The notes: generated from the letters alone by a model not told the origin. 64,000 bases of DNA from Eledone cirrhosa (GCA_964016885.1 OZ024748.1:46128001-46192000); one strand, 5' to 3'. Numbered from the stretch's first letter, positions 1 to 14,570 are shown. Numbers and translations are program-made.

Positions 1-148
1 ATATATACATACATACATATATACATATATATACATATATATATATACATATATATACACATACATATATATATACATATATATATACATATATATATGT
101 ATATATAAAAATACATATAGATATACATATATATATGTATATATATAA

Positions 149-180
<32 letters not shown>

Positions 181-346
181 CTAAATACATATATCTATAC
201 ATATATATATGTATATATATAAATACATATATATATACATATATATATGTATATATATAAATAAATATATATATACAGATATATATGTATATATATAAAT
301 ACATATATATAAATACATATATATATATACATATATATATAAATAC

Positions 347-391
<45 letters not shown>

Positions 392-413
392 CATATATAT
401 ATACATATATATT

Positions 414-451
<38 letters not shown>

Positions 452-541
452 TATTTATATATACATACATATACATATATATATACATATATACATACAT
501 ATATATATACATACATATATATATACATACATATATATACA

Positions 542-573
<32 letters not shown>

Positions 574-602
574 CATATATATACATACATACATATATAT
601 AC

Positions 603-705
<103 letters not shown>

Positions 706-712
706 TACATGC

Positions 713-745
<33 letters not shown>

Positions 746-751
746 TATATA

Positions 752-996
752 TTTAATTATGTAATAAACAACATAAGACAATTATTCCATTTACCAAATT
801 TTTCACGAAGACACAAGCTCAACAGAGACGTTCATTCTGATGTGCGATTCCAGACATCTCTGTTGAGCTCGTGTGTCTTCGTGAAATCTTTGGTAAATGG
901 AATAATTGTCTTATGTTGCTTATTACATAATTGTATAGCTATATAGCATACATAGAGCACTCTCCTTTCCTTTACCCTTCCTACTGAAATACTCCA
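752..996 (+). mobile_element. Fold-back element in (TA)n; duplicated at 2911-3155, diverged relative at 8758-9025
   Basis: ~80 bp inverted arms around a ~20 nt spacer plus a tail. Confidence 0.8.
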
Positions 997-1369
997 TATA
1001 GATATATATATAGATATATATATATATGAATTCCACTCTGTAAATATGAAACTGTTGATGACAACATTAATATCCATGTATCTATATGATTGTTCAGTTG
1101 AATAGGAAGTTAATTATATGCCCAAACTTTGCTAGTTCTCCGATGAACCCAAATGAAAGTTTGGAAGAAACGATTGCCAGCAATTAAGTGTTTTGAGCAA
1201 AGTTTTGATTATTGTGTAATTTATATTCCTGCTCTGTAAAACATCTGATGTATTTACATTGAGCTATTTTTCTTACTGGTAATAAGGTAGTAATGAATTA
1301 CTGAACTTTCCTGTTTATAGTTGTATATAGTGTATATAACTTTAAATAATATTATACACACATACACAC

Positions 1370-1403
<34 letters not shown>

Positions 1404-1889
1404 ATACATATATATATGTATATATAAAAATACATATATATATACATATATATATATGAATTAGTTTAGCGAGGTTTTTATATGAAATCGTGTGTCGAAA
1501 CAGATATTGTTATACTTGGGGAGGGTCATATTTGCGTAATATTGCCAGTAAGTTAGATCGCAGATATAAAAGACAGCGAGAAGCGAAAACCAACCAAACA
1601 GTGAGTGTGTTCTGTTATTAATTCTAGCAATATTACGCAAATATGACCCTCCCCAAGTATAACAATACATATATATATGTATATATATAAATACATATAT
1701 ATATACATATATATATGTATATATCTAAATACATATATCTATACATATATATATGTAATATATAAATACATATATATATACATATATATATGTATATATA
1801 AAAATAAATATATATATACATATAAATATGTATATATATAAATACATATATATAAATACATATATATATACACATATATATATAAATAC

Positions 1890-1928
<39 letters not shown>

Positions 1929-1954
1929 AATACATATATATATACATATATATT

Positions 1955-1990
<36 letters not shown>

Positions 1991-2056
1991 CATATTTATA
2001 TATACATACATATACATATATATATACATATATATATACATACATATATGTATACA

Positions 2057-2662
2057 TGGTGGCTGCCAACTCGTTTTCGAGTACGGCCACTACTTTATAT
2101 CCATGTAGGAGAACCCCTACCGATGCGCTGAACGAGTGACTTTTTAGTCCAGCCAGCGACTTGAAAACTCTGGTACAAACACTACACTTGTGACAATTAT
2201 TGACACATAGTGCTTTGCCTTTGGTACCATGTGACGACAAGTGCAGAGAGATCTCCAGATACAAAGCAATGCCTGTGCCATGAAGCTTTTATAGTGAGCA
2301 AAGGCACTGCACAAAGCCAGTCCCACTCTCTTAACCAAGATTATATTTACCAAAAAGAAGAACAAGTCAACATCATTGGATACCATCAGGGTTGCAGGTG
2401 TTATATCAGAGTTTTCCTTCTCCTAGAATTCTGCCTTTACAAAGGCTAAGGGGTCATCTCTCCCACTGATTTTGGATGGCCATTGACTCTTAAGAGCTCC
2501 TTTTCCCTTTGACAGGTTTTGTTTTTAGTCCTGCATGATGTCCAAAGTCACCCTCCTCACCAAGAAACCTTGGTGGGGTTGCCAGTTTAGTCGCCAACAA
2601 CCCGACCATGAGACAGGTTGTACTGGGATACATGTTACCAGTAGCACCAAGTGGTGACCTGA
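2057..2662 (-). mobile_element. Non-autonomous RTE-like element with a terminal zinc-finger remnant; other copies at 35777-36160 and 52493-52737, partial at ~42400-42580
   Basis: Three near-identical copies share the same end next to (TA)/(TACA)n; minus frame [17 protein letters not shown]. Confidence 0.7.
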
Positions 2663-2706
2663 CATATGTATACATATATATATACATACATATATATATA
2701 TGCATA

Positions 2707-2738
<32 letters not shown>

Positions 2739-2755
2739 CATATATATACATACAT

Positions 2756-2844
<89 letters not shown>

Positions 2845-2873
2845 TACATACATATATATACATATATACATAC

Positions 2874-2904
<31 letters not shown>

Positions 2905-3152
2905 TATATATTTAATTATGTAATAAACAACATAAGATAATTATTCCATTTACCAAATTTTTCACGAAGACACAAGCTCAACAGAGACGTTCATTCTGAT
3001 GTGCGATTCCAGACGTCTCTGTTGAGCTCGTGTGTCTTCGTGAAAACTTTGGTAAATGGAATAATTGTCTTATGTTGCTTATTACATAATTGTATAGCTA
3101 TATAGCATACATAGAGCACTCTCCTTTCCTTTACCCTTCCTACTGAAATACT

Positions 3153-3219
<67 letters not shown>

Positions 3220-3257
3220 TTCATGTTGGGTTTGGCATTTCACAAGTCCACTCGCAC

Positions 3258-3288
<31 letters not shown>

Positions 3289-3324
3289 AATATACATACA
3301 TACCCACATACATACACATATATA

Positions 3325-3397
<73 letters not shown>

Positions 3398-3702
3398 TCC
3401 CATGTACGGCAACACTCATCTTTTTCCATTTCTCCGAGGTTTATAAACCCCACTATCAGGCTAGAAATGTCTTTAGTCTAAAATACGGTGAAAGCTTATA
3501 ATTTCTAATTTCTAATATATATATATATATATGAAAATGATGTAAACTCACGTTAGTCCCTGTAAATTATGAGCTCAAAGAAAAAGAATCCTAGGCTCTT
3601 CAAATATAATATAGAGGTGATAACACACGAGAGTGAGTGTGTGATTAACAAAGTACCACTAGCGTATGGAATATATTAACTAAGAAAGGTGAAGTAGACA
3701 TA

Positions 3703-4114
3703 TAATTGTTTCTACTTTTGGCACAAGGCCAGCAATTACCCAGTAGATTACTGGTACTTTATTTTACCGACCCCATAAGGATTAAAGGCAAAGTTAACCT
3801 CGGCGGGATTTGAACTCAGAATGGCAAGGGCCGTAACTCTATACGTCAAAGCATGGCGTCATATAATAATTTAATATAATATAATAATTTAAAAATATAA
3901 ACCAGAATGAATTTACCTAGCTTTATAACTATATATCATACACGTACAACCTCAGAGAGATTGCTTTGCCAGAAAATTAGTGTTTGGATTGACCTCACCC
4001 AGGTTCTTCAGCGTGCGTGGTAAGTGAATACATTCCAAACGACTCTAAGAGAATTTACATTTATTAGATTATAGGTTCAATACGCCAGTGGTATTCCCTG
4101 TACCTTGATAAACA

Positions 4115-4162
<48 letters not shown>

Positions 4163-4671
4163 TTATCTTCTCTATATTATATATTTGTTTCTACTTTAGG
4201 CTCAAGGCCGGCAATTACCCAGTGCATTACTGGCACTTTATTTTATCGCCCCCGTAAGGATGAAAGGCAAAGTCAACCTCGGCGGGATTTGAACTCAGAT
4301 CGTAAAGGGACGTAAGTATGCTGGAAAGCATGGCGTCCGACCCTCTACCGATACTGCCAATCCACCGCCTCTATATTATATATGAAGTCAAGTTTGCCCT
4401 TCATCCTTACGAGGGTCGATAACATAAAGTACCAGTAATGTACTGGGTAACTGCTGGCCTTGTGCCAAAAGTAGGAACAATTATTATTATTATTATTATT
4501 ATTATTATTGGCGGTGGATTGGCAGTATCGGTAGAGGATCCGACATCATATATATATATGTATATATATAAAATTCAAAGTGTATATATATATAAATTAG
4601 ACAAAGTCATAGATACATATATATGTTTTTGGCAACCATTCACGGTGTGGCTCAATGAAGAATTAATTGAA

Positions 4672-4758
<87 letters not shown>

Positions 4759-4950
4759 CGAAGGAAATGTGGTAAGGAACCAGGTGGACCATAACGCACC
4801 AAAGTACTCAATACTTACGGTAGTAGAGTGGGTAATAGGAACCAGTAAGACCCCGACGGCTGAGCTCAAGCCGTTTCGACGGCTAATTCTGGACAGTCCA
4901 GAATTAGCCGTCGAAACGGCTTGAGCTCAGCCGTCGGGGTCTTACTGGTT

Positions 4951-4990
<40 letters not shown>

Positions 4991-5552
4991 TTTATACCGG
5001 GTTCGATCGGGGGGTAACCACAGTAAGTAAGGTACTCAATACATAGTAGAGTATGAATAATTAATATAGAAATTGTTTTTACAGGACTAGAACTCTTTCA
5101 TTCGGGAGAAATCATTATATATAATCTGAGCTTTTCGAATATTAATAATTGTTTCTACTTTTGGCACAAGGCCAGCAATTATCCCAGTGTATATAAACAA
5201 AATCACCTTTATATAAACAAAATCACCTTTATATTAATATAAACAAAATCACCTTTCGAAACAATGTAACCAACATGGCCGCAGTCCAGTGACCGAAAAT
5301 ATTTAAAATATGATGAAGGAAAGAGAAAATACAAATTATGATAATTTATGGTTATAAATAAATAATAGAGTTTCTACTTTTGGCACAAGGCCAGCGATTA
5401 ACCCAGTGCACCACTGGTACTTTATTTTATCGACCTCGTAAGGATGAAAGGCAAAGTTAACCTCGGCGGATTTGAACTCAGAACGCAAAGTGCCATAACT
5501 ATGTTGCAAAACATAGTGTCTGACGCTCTACCGATACTGCCAAACCACTGCC
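3703..5552 (-). mobile_element. Cluster of tRNA-derived SINEs with a Meta-domain-like core (3703-3860 -, 4185-4370 -, 4385-4545 +, 5148-5190 -, 5368-5552 -)
   Basis: A-box-like TGGATTGGCAGTATCGG, B-box GAGTTCAAATCC, core AACTTTGCCTTTCATCCTTACGGGGTCGATAAAATAAAGTACCAG, (ATT)n tail. Confidence 0.85.
4757..4953. mobile_element. Fold-back element family A in (TA)n; copies at 21142, 24829, 27889, 35476, 51520, 60556, 61419, 61929
   Basis: Palindrome GGAAC.AGTA.GACCCCGACGGC...GCCGTCGGGGTC.TACT.GTTCC plus an unpaired tail ending CATTTCCTTCGTTA. Confidence 0.85.
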
Positions 5553-5601
5553 CTTTGTTTATAAATAAATAATAGAATAGCAAATTAGAAGCGGTACTTA
5601 C

Positions 5602-5777
5602 AGGTATGGTTGTTGTAATTAATCTGTGGCATTCTGATGATCTTCCATAGAATTCCAGTAAATGTTTTGTTGAGATAAGCTTGGAAGAGAAGCTGACTAA
5701 TGTTCCTTAAAGTCTCTTCACTAATGTTCTTATCAAAATATACACGATGTCGTACGGATAAGTTGTTGCCCTCATTC
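5602..5777 (-). CDS. Host gene exon (phase 2-1): SEA-like domain 2 C-terminal part, NEGNNLSVRHRVYFDKNISEETLRNISQLLFQAYLNKTFTGILWKIIRMPQINYNNHT
   Basis: Acceptor ttttattttccag, donor gtaagt; 176 nt open frame with several NxS/T sequons. Confidence 0.88.
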
Positions 5778-6334
5778 CTGGAAAATAAAAATGGATTTCA
5801 AGGTTATTTTTAATGAGTTTTATGTAGTATACGTTTGGCAAAAGACTTGATCTGAAACCATGATGATGAACCATAATAATTATTGCATGGAGGAATCATT
5901 ATTGCCATTCAGAACTTTAAAACACATAAATGTTGATTACCTAATATATATATATATAATGAACATAATAACAACAACAGTCAAGTTATTTCACTTATTC
6001 ATATCGTTGTTTTACGATCGTTTCGGAGGGTTGATCATATTGACGTATTGTCTGATCTATAGCAGTTATATAACTGTATACTATCAGACTTCCAATATAG
6101 GTTCGATCAGACCGTCTTATTATTTTCATTGTTAAATCAATACCTAATATCAGACTGTATCTAAGGAATTAACTCAGCGGAACACGGAATCTTTCTATAC
6201 ATTTCACTGGATTACTCGCCATCAGACTACACTGAAATCTATCTACGGCACGGAACCTACCACGAAGGGTAGACCACATTGACAAAAAATATATAAATAT
6301 ATAAATATATATTTATGTATATATATATATATAT

Positions 6335-6757
6335 AGGAGGAAGTAATAGTTCACTTGAAGCATTGTGTGATGAGGTATAAACGTTTGTATATGTATAATA
6401 AAGCCAAAACAATGCAGGTATGTACATAGAATAATGAATGCAAATGCAAAAGATATTATTGACAATTAGTCTTTTACCGTAGATTTATTTAAATGTCCTT
6501 AACTTTCGAGATAATATCTCTTCTTCGGAGGGAAGTAAAGCGGTTAAACCAGTGTTCTAAATAACTTGGCAAGCTATTTAGAACACTGGTTTAACCGCTT
6601 TACTTCCATCCGAAGAAGAGATATTATCTCGAAAATTAAGGACATTTAAATAAATCTACGGTAAAAGACTAATTGTCAACAATATATTTTGCATTTGCAT
6701 TCTTTATTCTATGTCCATACCTGCATTGTTTTGGTTTTAGTATACATATACAAACGT
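6335..6757. mobile_element. Fold-back element, ~185 bp arms, hammerhead-like motif at 6497-6531 (-)
   Basis: Arms 6381-6566 / 6573-6757; CCT-CCGAAGA-A-GAGAT(ATT)ATCTC-GAAA-GTTA-AGG. Confidence 0.8.
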
Positions 6758-7118
6758 GTATATATATATATTAAATGGTAAAGACCACCTTCGGTGGGAC
6801 TTGCATATAGATTGTTCCCCCCCGATGCCTCCAATTCTGGGAAAGGTTGTTTATGGAAGAGCAGAAATCACTCAGGCATACCAGCCGTTTCTCCTCACGC
6901 CACCGATGTTGTTCAAGAGAAAAGCCAATGACCAATAGAACTTCGCACCAGGCACCACTGACGCCGTAACACATTTCTACAGCTGGGTCGACTGGAGCAA
7001 CATGAAGTTTCATCGCATTGTCTCATCCGAGAATGGAGGGTGGTTTTTCTGCTAGTAATTTCTCTAGTATATTATAACTTTTCTTTGATGCCTCAGAGAT
7101 TAAAGGTCAGACAGACAG

Positions 7119-7153
<35 letters not shown>

Positions 7154-7218
7154 AGTATATATATATATATAAATATATATACATATATATATATACACAT
7201 ACATATATACAGATATAC

Positions 7219-7265
<47 letters not shown>

Positions 7266-8663
7266 TATACATATATACACATACATACATATACACATAC
7301 ATATATAGATACACATGCATACATACATATATTCACATACATACATGTATATACATACATGTATATACATACATATAGAGATACACATCATCCATACATA
7401 TATATATATACACACATACATACACATACATACATATACACATATATATAGATACACATATAGATACACACACACATATATATCCATACATACATACATA
7501 CATATATAGATACACACTCACATACATATATAGATACACATACACATATATGTATACACATACATACACACACACACATGTATACACACACATGTATGTA
7601 TACATACACACATGTACACACACAAACACAAATGAATACACACACACACATGTATACACACACACACACACAGATATATAGATATACATATGCCTTCCCA
7701 TCCCACACTGACAAATGTGATGTATATGAAACATTCCTACACCCAAGAGGAGTAATATCAACAGAGCTCTAGAGAAGCAATTAACCTACTCTACTGCTAG
7801 TAGAAATCATGGCAGTAAATATAGTTCGCTGACTCCAGATCATTTATGCTGCTCTAATTAATTTCAATATCTTCCTCGAGATGATATATGATAACGTAAG
7901 TTGTCAGTCTTCAGCCAACCAAAACCGATTCACTCATTTGGTTTGTACTATAGTTCATTAAATCTCTACATTTCATTAACACTTTCTTATTCTATTTTCC
8001 CCCTCCCTCCCTCCCTCTCCTCACTCTCACTCACTCTCCCCTCACCCTCTCTCTCTCTCTCTCACTATCTACTCATCCTCTCTCTCTCTCTTTGCCCTCT
8101 CTCTCCCCTTATCTATTCCTCCTCTCTCTCCCCCTATCTAAACCCCCTCTCTCACTTTCCCCTCCACTCTCACTCCCCCCCATATCCACTCCACCTCTCT
8201 CTCTCTTTCCCCTCCCTCTCCCCCATCTACTCCCGCCCTCTCTCTCTTCCCCCTATCTACTCCTCCTCTCTCGATTCCCCCTTCTCCCCCTATCTACTCC
8301 CCCCTATCTATTTCCCATCCCCTCTCTCTCCCCCATATCTACTCTGCCTCTCTCTCTTTCCCCTGCCTCCTCTCTCTCTCCCAATATATTCTCCCCCCCC
8401 CTCTCTATCTCTCTCTATCTCAATATATATATATAAACGTGTGTGTGTGTGTGTGTATATGCGTGTGTGTACGTGTGTATACATGTTTGTATACGGGTGT
8501 GTGTATGTATACATATGTATGTATACATATGTATGTATATGTATACATCAGTGTATGTGTATAGGTGTCTATATTTGAAATGTTTATCAAACTTTAATGT
8601 TGCTTTATGGAACAATGTGTTCTTAGATTGTTTACAAATTATCTCCTGTTAATGTTTAATATG

Positions 8664-8700
<37 letters not shown>

Positions 8701-9024
8701 GTCAATCGATATTTTATACACACACATATATATATATACGGGTTTATATATATATATGTTAACTATTTCCGTAGAAAAGGTAAAAGAAAAACGAGTGCTC
8801 AATGTATAGTACAGAGCGATTTAATTACATAATAAACATCACAATATAATTATTACATTACCAAAGGTTTCAGGTAAGTAGACGATCCTTACAGAAACGT
8901 CTAGCTCGTCCATCAGATCAAATAGTTATAACTGATGAACGAGCCGGACGTTTCTTTAAAGATCGTCTAGTTTCCTGAACCCTTTGGTAATGGAATAATT
9001 ATATTGTGTTGTATATTAACTAAT

Positions 9025-9078
<54 letters not shown>

Positions 9079-9209
9079 CCTTATCGAGCCCTCTTCGCAT
9101 TTTAGTCATCACATTTATTATTACTATATATATATATATAATCCTTATCGAGCCCCCTTTGCGTTTTAGCCTTCACATTTATTATTAATATATATATATA
9201 TATATATAT

Positions 9210-9774
9210 CTAAGGCGGGTAAAATTCCCGAGATCCATGGACGAGTTCTCTCCAGCGGTCTCTGTCCCTCATTATCGCTGCCATGTCCTGCGTCTCCAAC
9301 AGACCAGTGTCTGTCCTTAGGGAATCAACATACGTTAACCTTGATCTTCCTCTTCTAGTGTGTCCATGTAGGGGCTCCCAAAGGAGCACTGAGTGCAATG
9401 TCAACTCTGGATGTCGGTGAGCATGTCCAGCTAACCTTAGTCTCCTCTATGTCACTTTTGAGCTGACTTTTGGGAGGCCGCTGGAATTGGTTGAGGACTT
9501 CCTGTATTTGGGAGCAAAGATTGGGAATACGGAAGATGATGTGGTTGAGAGGAAGAGCAAGGCCTGGGCGGCGTGCCACAGCTTGAGATCGGTGTGGAAG
9601 TCGGACCTTCGTAGAGACCTGAAAGTCGACCTCTTCATTGCTGTAGTAGAGTCTGTGCTGCTGTATGGGTCTAAGACTTGGACACGGACCAAGAAACTCA
9701 CTCAGATGGTGGATGGGTGCTACACGAGAATGCTGAGGATGGCTCTGAACATTAATCAGTATACACTGAGGATG

Positions 9775-9777
<3 letters not shown>
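9210..9777 (-). mobile_element. RTE-clade LINE 3' fragment with an inverted 5' segment
   Basis: Plus 9481-9777 encodes VEDFLYLG...VESVLLYG...YTRMLRMALN; minus 9480-9210 encodes the continuation GLPKVS..RLRLAGH..LWEP..RGR..DRDRWR. Confidence 0.88.
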
Positions 9778-9827
<50 letters not shown>

Positions 9828-9830
<3 letters not shown>

Positions 9831-9996
9831 CTATACTTTGGGAGGGTCATGTTGCCAATAAGAAACACACGCACCAGTTACTTATTGGCAACAATATTGT
9901 GTTTCTTATTGGCAACATGACCCTCCCAAAGTATAACAATATCGGTTTCAACACACGTTTTCAGATAAAGAATCTTGCTAAACAAATTCAGAAACG

Positions 9997-10000
<4 letters not shown>
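9828..10000. mobile_element. Fold-back element family; copies at 1460-1666, 24388-24545, 26240-26312, 50153-50655, 55190-55700
   Basis: TATACTTTGGGAGGGTCATGTTGCCAATAAGAAACAC and its inverse, with variable spacers; (TA)n flanks. Confidence 0.82.
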
Positions 10001-10073
<73 letters not shown>

Positions 10074-10874
10074 TACTATATCACTACTACTCATTACCAT
10101 TCAGCCAAATATGATTATTACCCCATAAACAATATATTTTTCTCATATAAATTCATGTGTTAGTGTGTAAGAAAGTATTATGTTGCATAGATGAGTATCA
10201 GAATAATTCAAACTATAGTAGGTTCATCATTAATTTGATCTCTATTATAGGAATATAATGCTGGAATAATTAGAACACGTAAATCTCCCTTCTTGCTTTC
10301 TTTCCTTAGGCCTCCAAATCCAGATAGAGTCATTAGCAGGGCCGATGAGAGGGGAGCCCAACTGGTACATTGCTCTGCGTCCCAAGAGCTAAGAAGGCCC
10401 CACAGTAATCATGCAACATCCATTTTTAGGAAAATTCTTTGCATGCTTCGGGTCCCAAAGGGTTCTTGTAACGCCTTGCAAAATTTCTCTTGGAGGCCCT
10501 GCTTGTAAGGGTATTGCAGAAACATTGGAGTGGTGTTTGACTATGTTTCTACCCTACCAGGTTGATACCAATCCGCCTGACAGGGTACATCGTTATCCCG
10601 TTGTAACAGAACCCAGTCGAAATCTTGTTTATTAGCATTGCAAGATTAAATGAGAAAACATGAGCGGAATTTGAAACTCATCAAACTACCTACATAACAA
10701 CAACAACAGCAACAACAACAGGAGCACAAAAACAACAACAGCACTACAGCAACAAATATAGCACTACCACAACAACAGCAACAACAACAACAGCAACAAC
10801 AACAACACAACAACAGCAATATCACAATAGCAGCAACAACAGCAACAACAATAGCAGATAAGTATATACCATAC

Positions 10875-10942
10875 CATTTTTCCTCAAGCCTGACATCAAG
10901 AAAACCATTCAGCTCCCCACTTCTCTTATAGAATTGCTGAAG
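10875..10942 (-). CDS. Host gene exon (phase 0-2): SEA-like domain 2, LQQFYKRSGELNGFLDVRLEEKW
   Basis: Acceptor gtctcttttgaag, donor gtatgg; split TG|G Trp codon joins the next exon. Confidence 0.83.
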
Positions 10943-11062
10943 CTTCAAAAGAGACAATAAGAAGATTTCATTATGAATCGATGTTGTTCGATAACTTGAA
11001 ATACAAATCAATAAAATAATTGGGAAACAAGTACTGCTGAAAAAATAATTGTGTGTGTGTGC

Positions 11063-11116
<54 letters not shown>

Positions 11117-11512
11117 TCTGCGACTTCACAGAACTTATGTTTACCGAATTCGCAGACCAGACCCCTTCTTCCTCCCGTTAGACCTGTGCGAAATTCCTTC
11201 CTTGCTCACATTTCAACCAGGTTTGATGGTCTTTATTCTCTCGTTCACGATTCCACCGAATTTATATTCATAGAAATCTGGGACTTGTTTCCTTCATCAC
11301 TTTCTGCTGCTTAAACCATTTTGTTTGTTTACCCTAGCGTCCCCTTTATTTACGTGTCCCAACGACTTTTTTTTAGCCATTGCTCGCACCAACCTGAGGT
11401 ATATGGCCTTTAATGCGACGAAATGCCTACGACGGTTGGATGGCCACTGATGAGGACAAACTTTTTCATATGTAACCCATTTGCAGCGCCGCAGCTCCAT
11501 TATTATCATATT

Positions 11513-11565
<53 letters not shown>

Positions 11566-11568
<3 letters not shown>

Positions 11569-11922
11569 TCTCGCCACGCCATCTATACTTCCATCTTCTA
11601 TAAACCGACTGACCCCCACTCGTAGCTCGGCTTCACCTCCTCCTATCTAACCTACACCAAACACTCCATACCCTATTCCCAATTCCTCCGTCTTCGTCGT
11701 CTCTGTAGCCAGGGCCACGATTTCGAGGCCAATTCCCTTCACATGGCCTCCCGCTTCATCCAGCGTGGATATCCCCCCCTCAACCTGATCCAAGCTGTTC
11801 TCAACTGCGCCCGTGAAACTGTACCGTACCACATCCCTCTCACCTCACCAGCGCCCTCCCAACACCCGCCTCTCTTTCCCTCTCACCTATCACCCGACCA
11901 CTCCGGCGACATATTCTCCGTT
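11566..11922 (+). mobile_element. Penelope-like RT thumb fragment between (TA)n tracts
   Basis: TSIFYKPTD and PQFLRLRRLCS...MASRFIQRGYP motifs typical of the PLE RT C-terminus. Confidence 0.8.
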
Positions 11923-11960
11923 CCTATATATATAATGAATTTAGAAATGAAAGTATTTAC

Positions 11961-12022
11961 CATTTTCTGGAGTAACTTGGGTATAATATCTTCAAAACGT
12001 ATCGTGACAGTGATGAAATTAT
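11961..12022 (-). CDS. Host gene exon (phase 1-0): start of SEA-like domain 2, DNFITVTIRFEDIIPKLLQKM
   Basis: Acceptor ...acgaaacag after a T-rich tract, donor gtaaat; phases fit neighbours. Confidence 0.82.
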
Positions 12023-13310
12023 CTGTTTCGTTATAAAGAACAAAAGAAAAATATGTTTTATAAATAAATGATGACAATGAGATGTTTTGACGATCAAAAA
12101 TATTAACAGAGAATACAACAATTGGAAAATAATTTACCTCAGTAGTATAGCTAGAGAATGAGGAATGGTGGGCGAGGGTTGTCCTTCTGTGTAACACCTT
12201 TATGAAAACGGCATGGGTTGTATATTTTAATGGGTGTGGAAGGGAGTACAGCAACCTTAAGGGTTACTCCCGGGCGGCACACACTCTTACAATTATACTA
12301 ATGGACTTCCGTTGAATTCGGCGATGACAATGACAGTTCTTCAATCAAATCAACAGAACAATCTACTCCTGGTATTAAATAACAAGTAGTTTGAGTATTT
12401 CACAGACACGTGTACTCTTGACCCAATTCTCAGGGAGATTCAGCGCGACATTGTTGTGTCATGGAACGTATGGTCTATTTTGTTTTTATTATAACTTACG
12501 TAGCTTAACACCCCACTAACACGTGGACCCTCAGTAATGAAAGAACTCTGCTTTATCCAGACGTGGAGAGAAGATGGGCCCCACTACATAAAAACATAAT
12601 CTAGAAACGCCGTGAGTCGATATGGCGCATCTACGACTCCCTCGGGAGTTACGGGTCCATACATATATATCTTTTTAACGTTATACTCTATGAGATTTTG
12701 CAGGACACACAAGGTGACTAAGCTAGTACTTTGAAATCCAGCTACAATCCACCCGACGGGCTTCCATACAGTTTCCGTCTGCTCAGTTCCACGCACAAGG
12801 TTTTGGTTGAATCGAGTCTATTATAAATGATACATGTGCAATGTGACAATCAATTCCTTAAAATGAACTAAAAAGGTATATTTTAGATTGTTTTTATTAA
12901 AAAATAATATTTTCAAACACAAATTAATAAGATATTTTTTATAAATAACTATACTGAATTTTATTATTTTAAAGATTTTTCTAAATAATTTTATTAACTT
13001 TCTTTAAACTTACAAAAATATTTGATGAAACTCTTTTTTACAAATTTATTTCAAATAATTATTTTAAAAATGATTATATTTATTATATATTTTAAAAAAT
13101 GTTTTCTGATAATATATAGATAATTATATTTGACATTGTTTAAATTTTTAGAAAAAACTTATAGGACACGTGATTTTTTTTCGATAATTAATAAAACGAT
13201 TTAAAATAATGAAACCATTTTTTAATTGTAAGGAACCCCACTGGAATTATAAGCAATATTGGTAAATAGATTAAAATAAGAAACATTAAGAATGAAAATA
13301 TAAGACATAC

Positions 13311-13557
13311 CTGATATTATCGTTGCCGTTTCTAATGGATCTGTTGTCGTTATTGTTGGTGTTGATGATGACAACGCTTGTGATGATGATGATGATGATG
13401 ATGATGATTGTGATGATGTTGTTGATGATGGGGGTATTGTGGGTGATGATGGTGTTGTTGATGATGGTGATGATGATGATGATGATGATGATGTTGTCGA
13501 AGACGGTGTTGGTGGTGATGGTGTTGTTGATGATGGTGATGATGGTGTTGTTGATGG

Positions 13558-13595
<38 letters not shown>

Positions 13596-13972
13596 GTGGT
13601 GTTGCTGGTGATGATGATGGTGTTGTTGGTGACGAGAATGTTGACGATGGTGATGATGATTGCAAGGCTGTTGGTGTGCGCAGTTTCATTGTTCTTTGTG
13701 TTGCTGTTTCTGTTTCTAGTGTTGTTGTTGTTGGTACTGTTGGTGCTGTTGCCATTGTTCGTGTTGTTGATGTTGTCGGTGGTTGTGTTGTTGTTGTTGT
13801 TGTTGTTGTTATTTCATCTGTTACTGGTTTCAGTGAATTTACCAGGGTTGATAATATTGTGTTGTTGTTGTCCGTTGTATGTGAAGGAACTTTGGTTGTA
13901 CCAATATTCGTTTCTCTAGGTCCAGTTGGAGATACCAAGGTGGGAATGGGGGTTTTCGTTGAATCAGGTTTT
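13311..13972 (-). CDS. Host gene exon (phase 2-1): Ser/Thr/Pro-rich mucin-like stalk (220 full codons)
   Basis: Acceptor ttttatccttcag, donor gtatgt; open frame KPDSTKTPIPTLVSPTG...TTTTT...SSSSS...TATIIS. Confidence 0.88.
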
Positions 13973-14109
13973 CTGAAGGATAAAAGTTCATTTTAAGTTT
14001 CTCTGTTACATATTTTCAATGTTATTAATCCTTATTACATATTATATATGTGACTTTACTGTTTCAACAACGGGGTTCACGTTGCTGTAAAAAAACATTG
14101 GTAAAATCC

Positions 14110-14570
14110 CTTTGATGATAGGCTTCTTAGTCATATCTAGAATATCTTTGATCATAGGCTTGTTAGTCAGAGCTAGGACCCATTTCTTGTGCTAGTCTGG
14201 CCTGTTGTTTATAGCTAGAAACCTTTTGATCATAGAGTGCTTAGTCGTAGCTAAAACTCCGTGATCATGGGCTAGTGAGGCATGGCTAAAGGGACTTTGA
14301 TCATAGGTCTGTATGTCATAGATAAAAAACTCTCTAATCTGGTCATAGATAGAAACGTCTTTATCATAGGCCTGTTGATCATAGATAGAAAGACTCTTCG
14401 CTGGTCATAGCTAGAAACTCTCTGATCATAGGCCTGTTGGTCATAGATAAAAAGACTCTTCGCTGGTGATAGCTAGAAACTCTCTGATCATAGGCCTGTT
14501 GGTCATAGACAGAAAGACTCTTCTCTGATCACAGCTTGAAACTATCTTATCATAGGCCACTTGGCCATAC
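14110..14570 (+). repeat. Degenerate ~30/60-bp tandem repeat (CTAGAAACTCTCTGATCATAGGCCTGTTGGTCATAG)
   Basis: Repeated TGATCATAGG and GTCATAG motifs. Confidence 0.8.

Noticed and set aside
9930-9972. Hammerhead in the 9828 family (CTGAAA(T/A)..GAAAC..GTT on minus)
   Set aside because: The core lacks the canonical G8/A9 in the copies seen and stem II is weak; not called as a ribozyme.
10338-10501. hAT-like MITE with CAGGGCC/GGCCCTG ends
   Set aside because: The TIR is short and there is no matching 8-bp target-site duplication.
12138-12150. 13-nt micro-exon candidate (ctag...gtaaat)
   Set aside because: Would frameshift an otherwise phase-compatible junction.
13323-13996. Plus-strand poly-Met and poly-Asp/Val ORFs
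   Set aside because: Antisense shadows of the Ser/Thr exon; splice sites and phases support the minus strand.
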